Shown: positions 14,744-25,157 of the stretch, piece by piece
How positions within the stretch are numbered: the first letter of the stretch is position 1
Layout: each line of letters starts with the position of its first letter
From: Octopus vulgaris
Taxonomy: Eukaryota
Direction: 5' to 3'
Length of the DNA stretch: 64,000 bases
Assembly (NCBI GenBank): GCA_951406725.2
Contig: OX597823.1
Location: 89,342,001 to 89,406,000, forward strand
Program-made: the position numbers and the translations under genes
The notes under the pieces: generated by a model
The model's database searches: none
Told to the model about the DNA's origin: nothing
Seen by the model: the letters and a program-made list of their open reading frames with translations, nothing else

Positions 14744-15508
14744 ATATGTAGGTCCCGGGTTGATTCGGGGTTAACCACAGTAAATAAGGTACTCAATACA
14801 TAGCAGAGTAAAATTAATTTATTATATAGAAGGAGCTTCTACAGGACTAGAACTGTTTCATTCAAGAGAAATCTTCAGGAAGCTAGTTAACAAGAATTGT
14901 ATTGGCATTTACACATTTAGGCAGGTTTAAAGGGGTGTTGGTGGGGGACTTTTTGGGGGTAGGCATAGCGCAAAATATCATACTTGGGGGAGTGGTCAAG
15001 GAGTCAGTGTTAAATTAGATAGAAGAATAAATAAAAAATAAAAAATAAAAAATAAAAAAATAAAAATATATATATATATATATATAAAAAAAGGGGGATA
15101 GAGTTTTAGGTAAATAAGGAGATTCTCACTTATACCTATGCACATATGTATACATATATACACACGCATACAAACATATATACATATACATACACACATA
15201 CATACACACACATATATATATACATATATATACACTTACACATACATATACATATCTACACATACACATATATGTATACATACACACACTCACATGCATA
15301 CACGTATACACACATGTATATATACACACACACGACCACACATACATATACACACAGAAAAATATATATACACATACACACACATACTCACATACACGCA
15401 TACACACACAAATCCACACACACACATGCACACCCAGCACACTAGTCCCTATATACACATATATACACATACACACATATATATATATACACACACATAC
15501 ATATACAT

Positions 15509-15556
<48 letters not shown>

Positions 15557-15965
15557 GTGTACCCACGCATATCTACACATACACACATATATATATACAC
15601 ATACAAATACAGACCCATTCCCTACTTTTTATTTTATTATCTTCGTTTATTACTTTTGTTATCTTTGGCCGCTTGGTCACAAACATCTTGGCTATGACAG
15701 CCAGTCCATTTATCTGTCTACTGGAAAACAAGCACTCATTCACTCACGCACACTCTTTAGCACGTACACTCACTCATTCGTACACTCATACACATACACG
15801 CACGCACGCGTTATATTCATACATACATACATCTACATACATTCACGTATATACACATACGTACGCGTACCTACAGATTCATGTCTACACTCTTAGAAGG
15901 CTAGTCTATACATATACACCAATAAATATAAATACACACACATACACGTACACCTACATACAAAT

Positions 15966-16019
<54 letters not shown>

Positions 16020-16239
16020 TCACATATATATACACATATATACATACACATACATACATACACATATATACACATATACACACATATACACATATATACA
16101 CACATACACATACATACATATACACACATACACATACATACGTATACATACATACATACATCCATACATCCATACATACATACATTTATACACATACACA
16201 CACCCACATACATACATATATATACGCGCATATATATAT

Positions 16240-16284
<45 letters not shown>

Positions 16285-16691
16285 CATATATACATATATA
16301 TTCATACACACACATAGACATACATACATACATATACAAATATACGCACACACATACATACATACTCATATACTCATACACACACATACACATGTACATG
16401 CGTACCCATACACGCACACACACACGCGCGCGTCCATATATACACATAAGTACACCCATGCGTAAGAGTATACATATATCTATGCTTACACATACACACA
16501 CACACGCGCGCCTCCTTATATTCATACTTACATGCATACTCAAAAAATAAGTAAATAGTAAAATATATATACGCGCAGTTATTCATACATGCATACTCAA
16601 AAAATAAATAATAAATAATAAATATTAAGTATATGTACGTGCAGTTACCTATTATATAGACGGATACATACATATAAACTTACACACATAG

Positions 16692-16752
<61 letters not shown>

Positions 16753-16795
16753 CATACATATATACACATATACATGCACATACACACATACATAC

Positions 16796-16826
<31 letters not shown>

Positions 16827-16827
16827 T

Positions 16828-16864
<37 letters not shown>

Positions 16865-17259
16865 CTTACACATGTACATATAAATACACACATAGATAAC
16901 TCTACGTACCTACATATACATAAACACACGAGCGTACGCGTATATGTACATATACACATACACATACACACGCATATATATACATACATACATACACATA
17001 CACACATGTGTATACACATACACACACATACACATATATATACATACACATATATATACACATATATATATATATATATATACATATATATATACATACA
17101 TATATATATATACACATACACATACACACACATATATACATGTGTGCAAACATACATACATTCTCATACAAGCACACACACTTACATTTACATATATACA
17201 CACACTTACACACATATATACATACACATGTACATACATACATACGTATATGCATACAT

Positions 17260-17310
<51 letters not shown>

Positions 17311-17393
17311 CATACATACACAAACACATACCCATACATATATATACACACATATATATACACATGCACATACTTATATCTCTACATACTCGC

Positions 17394-17432
<39 letters not shown>

Positions 17433-17721
17433 CACACACATATACATATACCTATATACATGCATATATACACATACATATATATACACATCTACAATTT
17501 GTATCTACACTCACATACCTGCACATACACATAACTCTACATACCTACATATACATCGACATACTCGCGTACACTCATATATATACACATATATACATAT
17601 ACACACACACATACATATACATATACATATACATATATATAAACATATACACACATAATACACATATACACACACACATACATATATGTATATATATATA
17701 TATATATATACATATATACAC

Positions 17722-17756
<35 letters not shown>

Positions 17757-18187
17757 AACACACACATACATATATATATATATATACATACATATATATA
17801 TATATATACATACATACATACATACACATATACATACATGTACATATACACATACACACACATATATATATACGCACACATACATATATCAACAATTGAG
17901 GGTAAGGTTAATTAGTTATTAATCAATTTCACCAAGTATTCAGTTGTAAAAGGACCATTATTTTTATGAGTAAACAATGTCTGAGGGAAAATATTCTCTA
18001 AGTAGTGGAAGAGGCTAAAAAACTTTATTGGCTGCTATTTCTAGAAAGTTCAGTATGTGGCAAAGTAATTTATTTTACTAAGCCCTAATTATATAATATT
18101 TTATACATACATACACATACATACACACATACATATACACATACATATGCATACACACATATATACATATATACATACATACATCTA

Positions 18188-18218
<31 letters not shown>

Positions 18219-18481
18219 GCACATACATATATATATATATATATACACATATATATATATTTTTTTACATACATACACGCACACACACACATAATACATG
18301 CGTATAATCCTACTATACCCATACATTTCTATACATATATACGATACACATATACAAGCGTGCACATACAATATGTGAAAGGTCTTAGGAGAAAAAGTAA
18401 TCGGGGGTGCTAGGGGAACGGTGGGATTGGGGGGGTTTTGTGGGTGGGGTGTCATCAATCTGGTTGCCGGGTAGGTCTATA
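14744..18481 (-). repeat. 5' pseudo-LTR of PLE (~3.74 kb; begins in the last codons of the ORF)
   Basis: Direct repeat of 9105-12587; carries an extra 256 bp (15605-15860). Confidence 0.92.
14834..14884 (-). ncRNA. Hammerhead ribozyme motif, second copy
   Basis: Same sequence as 9195-9245, ~130 nt upstream of the ORF start codon. Confidence 0.8.
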
Positions 18482-18746
18482 TATATATATTTTTATTTTT
18501 TTATTTTTTATTTTTTATTTTTTATTTTTTATTTATTCTTCTATCTAATTTAACACTGACTCCTTGACCACTCCCCCAAGTATGATATTTTGCGCTATGC
18601 CTACCCCCAAAAAGTCCCCCACCAACACCCCTTTAAACCTGCCTAAATGTATAAATGCCAATACAATTCTTGTTAACTAGCTTCCTGAAGATTTCTCTTG
18701 AATGAAACAGTTCTAGTCCTGTAGAAGCTCCTTCTATATAATAAAT
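18481..18746 (+). repeat. Inverted pLTR fragment
   Basis: Reverse complement of ~14817-15080 / ~9178-9443. Confidence 0.92.
18679..18729 (+). ncRNA. Hammerhead ribozyme motif, third copy (in inverted pLTR)
   Basis: agcttc-CTGAAGA-tttctcttgaat-GAAA-cagttctagtcctg-TA-gaagct on the plus strand. Confidence 0.8.
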
Positions 18747-19013
18747 ATATATATATATATATATATATATTTGGCAAAAGTAAGAGAGTGACGCAAGGTC
18801 CAAGAGATTCGTGTGTTGGCATTTACAAACAAGTAATAGAGTTTCTTGAGCGGTTAAACATTTTCGCTATATAAATTAGGGACTCCTGCATAGGATAACT
18901 GCTATATTTCTTGAGTATATATAGAGTTTATAGAGCGGTTAAACATTTTCGGTATGCAAATTAGGGACTCCTGCATAGAATAACAGACAGACAGACAGAT
19001 AGATAAACTAGAA

Positions 19014-19526
19014 CCTTTTTCTAATCTAGGTACAAGACATGAAATTTTGGTGGAGAGGGCCTGTCGATTAGATCGACCCCAGTACGCAACTGTTACTTAA
19101 TTTATCGACCCCGAAAGGATGAAAGGCAAAGTCGAATTCTGCGGAATTTAAACTCAGAATCTAACGACGGGCGAAATACCTATTTCTTTACTACCCACAA
19201 TGGGCTAAACACAGAGAGGACAAACAAGGACAGACAACCGGATTAAGTCGATTATATCGACCCCAGTGTATAACTGGTACTTATTTTATCGACCCCGTAA
19301 GGATGAGAGGCAAAGAGAACCTCGGCGGAATTTGAACTCAGAACGTAACGGCAGACGAAATACCGCTAAGCATTTCGTCCAGTATGCTAACGATTCTGCC
19401 AGCTCACCGCCTTATTACTAATAATAATGATTTCAAACTTTGACACAAGGCCAGGTAGTACGAGGGAGGGAATAAGTTGATTACATCGACCCCGTTACTC
19501 AACTGGTACTTAATTTATCGTGCCTG
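19014..19526 (-). mobile_element. Cluster of three nested/adjacent tRNA-derived SINEs (Nin-domain-like core)
   Basis: Head AGGCGGTGAGCTGGCAGAATCG ends at 19412; B-box GAGTTCAAATTCC; core CTTTGCCTTTCATCCTTTCGGGGTCGATAAA repeated with different 3' tails. Confidence 0.85.
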
Positions 19527-20444
19527 AAATGATGAATATATATATATATACATATAGATACATATGCATATATACACAAACATACATTTACACATATAGA
19601 GATAAACATAGATACACAGATATATGTATGTATGTATGTATGTATGTGTGTATGTATGTATGTATGTATGTATGTATGTATGTAGGTGTGAGTGTGTGTG
19701 CGCCTAAATATACCCAAATATCCATACACACAAATACTTGCACACACACAGATATACACAGATACGCACACACACACACACACATACACACACACACAAA
19801 AGTTTCGACCCCATTGCCTTAAATGACCCTCCGAGTCCAGTATAATCGATGCTGTTGATACATTCGTCTTGAACTAAGTCAACGGCAGCAAGAAAAGCAA
19901 TGCTGAAAACTTTCCGAGGGTCGACCTTCTTTGAAGGAAATATAGATCGAATTGATTAAGGTGACGCAAAAACAAGCACGATAGTTACAGGTTGAAAATA
20001 ACAAACACCAAGTACGATTTTATATTGTTTTTTAAACCTTCTCCTCACCTTATCTTTACCCTAACGTTGAAGCCTATGAACGATGGAAGGGACATAATTA
20101 CAGGCTGAAGTAGTTGTTGCCCTTTGACGAGTAATTTATTAAGGTTGACTTCAATTAGAATACTGCATATGGAGGCGACATTTCGACATGTTACGAACAT
20201 GCTTTATCTACAGAACTCTATTTTCGATTTATCTACAGGACAAGATGAGAAATGTATGATACTGAAATATTAACTTTAAAAATATAGGAAGTGTTAAAAC
20301 AATCGAAATTCGTTTTAGGGTTCACAACAGCCGTAAATATAAAATTACGCGATCACACAGACACAGAACATTCATAAGTATGAATGTGCAATCTATAAGA
20401 GTTTGTGGGACTGGCATCCTTTTAGGGGGATTTATTTCTTTTCG

Positions 20445-20475
<31 letters not shown>

Positions 20476-20629
20476 TTGGATCTTTCACATTAAATCTGAT
20501 TTTTTGTTTTTTTTTTTGTTTTTCGAACGCATTAGTTAAAATACTAAGGAGAGATTAGGCACATGCATATATTTGTGTGTGCGCGCGAGTGTATGCATTT
20601 ATGTATGGGTACCTGTGTGTTTGTGTGTG

Positions 20630-20699
<70 letters not shown>

Positions 20700-20749
20700 T
20701 GTATGTGTGTATTTGTATTTGTATATGTGTGTGCATGTATATATATTGA

Positions 20750-20905
20750 TAGGCGTAGCTGTGTGGTAAGAAGTTTTACTTTCCAGCCTCTTGGTTCCGG
20801 GTTCAATCTCATTGTGAGGCACCTGAGAAAATACCTTCTACTATAGCCGCGGACTGACCAAAGCCTTGTGAGTGAATTTGATAGACAGAAACTGAAAGAA
20901 GCCTG

Positions 20906-20908
<3 letters not shown>
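20750..20908 (+). mobile_element. tRNA-derived SINE ending in (GT)n
   Basis: A-box-like TAGCTGTGTGG, B-box-like GGTTCAATCTC; body shared with the copies at 8680-9040 and 57250-57420. Confidence 0.75.
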
Positions 20909-20985
<77 letters not shown>

Positions 20986-21388
20986 AAGGATGTACTACTG
21001 TGTGCTAAGCTTACAAAGAATAAGTTCTGGGGTCGATTTCTCCGACTAAAAAACCCGTTAAGGCGGTGCTCCAGCATGGTGCAGTCAAATGACTTGAGCA
21101 AGTTAGCTGTTTCTTTTTGTAAGTCTATCTCACAACGGAAAGATCGTTTTAGTTTGTTGTGTCCGCTTCCCATAACTGTAATGAGGTTAGTGTTTTTTTG
21201 TGGCTTTCGGAGTTAATGTCTTGACTCTTATTTCTAGCAATCGCTGGTGCTATTTTGCACCCTTTATCTATTAATTCCGTTTTGGTTTTTAATTACTAGC
21301 GAGCCACTCATACTATGTGTTTAATATATCTTAATATATTAATCTATCATTCTAGTATCTTCTTCTATTGATAATATACACTCTAACC

Positions 21389-21455
21389 CAGCGTTTTTCA
21401 ACTGGGGTTCCCCGGAGCGCTAGGGTTCTGCAAAAGGTTCCTAAGGGTTCCGCGA
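21389..21455. mobile_element. hAT-like terminal fragment
   Basis: CAGCGTTTTTCAAC terminus followed by GGGTTCC subterminal repeats. Confidence 0.5.
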
Positions 21456-21653
21456 GAAAGAGTGAGATAAGCTGATGCTACTTTCATGATCGTAATATCT
21501 CTGTACACTCTATACTTGCACAACATATTATTGGTTATTGTAATATTATAATATAGACAGCATCCTATTTAACCTATTATGTTATCAAAAAGTATAACCA
21601 TTTAGTGATACCTGTAATTTATGGACAATCTATACATACATATATATATATAT

Positions 21654-21712
<59 letters not shown>

Positions 21713-21748
21713 TATTGATCAAAATAAAAACATGATGCCAAGGATTCA

Positions 21749-21826
21749 GCGGTACATATGTTTCGGGCCTTTATTAGACAGATTTATAACAATGCATAAT
21801 GTATGTCTGTGGCCTTCTTCAGCCGC
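21749..21826 (-). ncRNA. Hammerhead ribozyme motif (family 2)
   Basis: Reverse complement of 22651-22728. Confidence 0.75.
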
Positions 21827-22650
21827 GCACAACAGCTTCCACAAGGACATGTGTTACATACGCACGTGAATGCGTATGTATGCTTATATGCTTGGAGCCG
21901 TGTATGCGCGCGTATATGTGCGCGTGTATATGGGTGTATGTATCCATGCTGGTATGTATGTATAAGATGACCACTTAATTCAAAGAACTAGATTAACCGC
22001 TCAACAGCTCTGATTTACAATACACTAGGTCCCCAGACGCCCCTGTTGATTTATTGACACCCAAAGCTTCTACAACTAAATTTTGTCAATTTCCTGACCA
22101 CCATGTTTGGTCGGTAACCTCTATACATCCCTTATCTTTATATTTTTTTATACCTTTTTTTTTACATTTTTTTTACATTTTTTTACATTTTTATCATTTT
22201 TATTCCTATTTTTATTTTTTTACTTTTATTTCTATTTCTATTTTTACTTTATAACCTTATGCCTTTATATTCATTTATATTTTTTTATATTCTTTATATC
22301 TCCTTTATATCTCCTTATATCTTTTTATATCTTTATACTCTACATTTTTATATTTTTCTACACTTACACTTTTTATATATTTTTTATCCTTCGTCCTGAA
22401 TTCTCGCCCCTCCATCTTTACCCCTATTTACTCTTATTACCAGGTTCCTTCACGTCTATATATGTATTTATTTATTAATTTATTTACATTACTTCAACAT
22501 CCAAATTTCCTCATTCTACATTGAGAGAAGAAAGAGATGGACGCTTCAATTCTATGCTGTTGCCGCATTATGTCGTACGCGAATGAGAGGATTTGCATCC
22601 CCAACCAAGAATTTTTGATGTAACACATGTCCTTGTGGAAGCTGTTGTGC

Positions 22651-22728
22651 GCGGCTGAAGAAGGCCACAGACATACATTATGCATTGTTATAAATCTGTC
22701 TAATAAAGGCCCGAAACATATGTACCGC
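22651..22728 (+). ncRNA. Hammerhead ribozyme motif (family 2)
   Basis: gcgg-CTGAAGA-aggcc...ggccc-GAAA-catatg-TA-ccgc. Palindromic stem III, extended stem II. Confidence 0.75.
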
Positions 22729-22803
22729 TGAATCCTTGGCATCATATTTTTATTTTGATCAATTTACTCCACCACCTACACCACCAAACGGTATACACAG
22801 GTG

Positions 22804-22837
<34 letters not shown>

Positions 22838-22844
<7 letters not shown>

Positions 22845-23130
22845 ATCACGTAACCGATCACACCATCAGATGTTGCTACACATCGCTGATCACAATGCGT
22901 TCGCATTGTTTTAGCCTTCGAATGAAGCCACCCCACTGGCTAAGCGAGCAGGCCAACAGAAGAAAGAGTGAGAGAAAGAGTGGTGAAAGAGTACATCAGG
23001 GATCACCACCCCCTGCCGGAGCCTAGTGGAGCTTTTAGGTGTTTTCGCTCAATAAACACTCACAACGCCCGGTCTGGGAATCGAAACCGCGAGTCCGCTG
23101 CCCTAACCACTGGGCCATTGCGCCTCCGCA
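22838..23130 (-). mobile_element. tRNA-derived SINE with (TA)n tail
   Basis: Minus strand head GGAGGCGCAATGGCCCAGTGGTTAGGGC with B-box GTTTCGATTCCC; 3' end CACGTGAT joins (TA)n. Confidence 0.85.
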
Positions 23131-23337
23131 TTATATATAATACAAAGAAGAAAATGGAGAAACAAATTTAGTTTGTTCATCATCTTTCGGATATTAGAAT
23201 GTTGAATTATTTATTTATTTAACAAAATGAGGACCTTAATAGCATACATATATATCTTATAATTCAATACATATAAGATAAGAATATAAATTATAAAAAT
23301 CATAATATAAATTATTGAAATCATTAAAATCACTTCT

Positions 23338-23470
23338 TACAGCTGTTTCAGCCTATGGTTAAAAGTAGTTATTTTTATTTTATTGCCTATAGTTGTCAAT
23401 ATATTGAGGTTGTAGGCATTTAAAAATAGGGTACTTATATATATATATATATAACCATAGGCCTCGTCAG
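23338..23470 (-). ncRNA. Hammerhead-like motif (family 3), stem I degenerate
   Basis: Minus strand CTGACGA-ggcctatggtta...taaccataggct-GAAA-cagctg-TA. Confidence 0.6.
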
Positions 23471-23681
23471 GTTATAAAGAACTTTTAAAATATTAATATT
23501 AATACATGAAACATGATACACGTATTATTAAATATATATAAAAAATATATGAACAAATATCCATATAGACATATACATATACATATATACATACATAAGC
23601 AGATTGTATATACTTTTACATGTGCAAAAATACATAAATAAACACAATTAAACAATAGGTCCAAGTAAATATACTATCGTC

Positions 23682-23735
<54 letters not shown>

Positions 23736-23792
23736 CTGGAACATATAAACACGTCTATGCTTATGACCACATAAATAATAATCGATTATTAA

Positions 23793-23837
<45 letters not shown>

Positions 23838-23991
23838 GTTTATCAATAATAACAATATTATTATATTTATAGTAATCTTCACTTGACAATACATATTACA
23901 ATAGATTCTAACATATCAAATATTACGATACAATATAAACAATCCACAATCCATACTAATAAATACATACATACATACATACATACATACA

Positions 23992-24024
<33 letters not shown>

Positions 24025-24086
24025 GCAAACAAATATACATGCATATAAGCATATAAAAAACATACAGTTAGACTATGGTTTTCAGT

Positions 24087-24312
24087 ATATAGTTCCTCTT
24101 AATACAAACAATTTCAAGCGTAATATCCATATGAGGATTTTTTATTTTCGTCTAAGTTGAAGTTAAAATTAGGGTTAAGTACATATATATGGGAACTTAA
24201 GGATAAGAAAATTAATTATAATTTGCAATGGAAAATACTTATATCTGCACCTGCGTATAATAATAAAAATAGTAAATCTTCATTATGCATTAACGAAATT
24301 TTCTTTCTAAAC
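24087..24312 (+). pseudogene. PLE GIY-YIG endonuclease C-terminal remnant (third PLE family)
   Basis: LSTYIWELKDKKINYNLQWKILISAPAYNNKNSKSSLCINE aligns by eye to LAAHIWYLKRNSIPFKTKWKLLQKARSYTGGHTCCDLCISE of the main element. Confidence 0.75.
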
Positions 24313-24315
24313 CGT

Positions 24316-24595
24316 TTATTCAAAGTAGCCCCCTTCACCTTCTACCACGGTCACAAGACGGCTCCCGAACTTGGCGCCTGTGTTCCCCACGGTGTCCCCG
24401 AGGAGATCGAACACCTCCTTGATGTTGGCCGCCAGTTCAGCCTTTGTTGTTGCAGGCAAAACAGTTGATATCTTTTTCAACAACATCCCACTTATAATAA
24501 TAGATGTGATTATAATCGAGGGAATTATGAGGCTAAAAGTTGGGGTTGGTAAAGTCATAGAATTTCCCTGACAAACACTTTTGACTTTTTCCTAA
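24316..24595 (-). pseudogene. maT/DD37D-like transposase C-terminal remnant
   Basis: FYDFTNPNF*PHNSLDYNHIYYYKWDVVEKD (decayed WPPNSPD.NPLDYYVW) and terminal SRLVTVVEGEGGYFE*. Confidence 0.65.
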
Positions 24596-24599
24596 TGAC

Positions 24600-24980
24600 G
24601 TCAAGCCATCTTGTGCTGCGCCGAATGACAGTAAAGCGTTGGTAGAATGATCTGGCAGGAGACAGACTATATGTCCGTACCAGTGAATGGAACGGATAAC
24701 TATGAAATGGGAGGCTGCAAGCTGATGCGTGAATGCACGTAGTTCTTTGTTGGAAACGTGATGGTACCATCTGATGTTCTCGATGGTTCTCAGGGTTCTA
24801 CTATCAAAGCCGTCGATCCTCTTTGTCGGAGTTTTCGAGAGGGGGCCATGGGCCTGTTCCATAGAGGAGAATGGAGAAGGCCGATGTGTTGTAGATCCGA
24901 GCTTCGTCTTCCGGGAGATAGAGCAGTGGAGTCAAAGGGGTTTCCATAGGGAGTACAAGACCCCGGCGGCCAGACCACAT
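24600..24980 (-). pseudogene. RTE-clade LINE RT C-terminal fragment
   Basis: RIDGFDSRTLRTIENIRWYHHVSNKELR...IHWYGHIV, the typical RTE C-terminal I.W...VSN.E and W.GH motifs. Confidence 0.7.
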
Positions 24981-25086
24981 CTATACGCCTTTGTTTGTCT
25001 ATGTGTATATGTATGTGCATACATGCATACATACATACATACATGCATACATACATACATACATACATACATACATGCATACATGC

Positions 25087-25117
<31 letters not shown>

Positions 25118-25157
25118 CATACATACATACATACATACATACATACATACATACATG

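Larger units (their letters stand above)
9105..18746 (-). mobile_element. Penelope-like retroelement (C-terminal EN, Hydra-clade-like): tandem pLTR-ORF-pLTR plus inverted pLTR fragment, inserted in (TA)n
   Basis: RT+GIY-YIG ORF; direct repeats 9105-12587 and 14744-18481; inverted copy 18481-18746; (TA)n on both flanks (9062-9108, 18746-18770). Confidence 0.92.
21714..22763. mobile_element. Second PLE remnant: 146-bp inverted pLTR pair (21714-21859 / 22618-22763)
   Basis: Near-perfect inverted repeat, each arm containing a hammerhead motif; no ORF recognised between the arms. Confidence 0.75.

Noticed and set aside
13962-14803. Plus-strand ORFs antisense to the PLE RT
   Set aside because: Shadow ORFs of the coding strand with no recognisable motifs.
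15605-15860. pLTR indel as a spliced intron (starts GTATGT on the element strand)
   Set aside because: No AG acceptor at any equivalent placement of the junction; the 13-bp microhomology explains it.
22990-23130. tRNA-like sequences at SINE heads as tRNA genes
   Set aside because: A and B boxes are present but there is no complete cloverleaf, and they continue into repeated SINE bodies.
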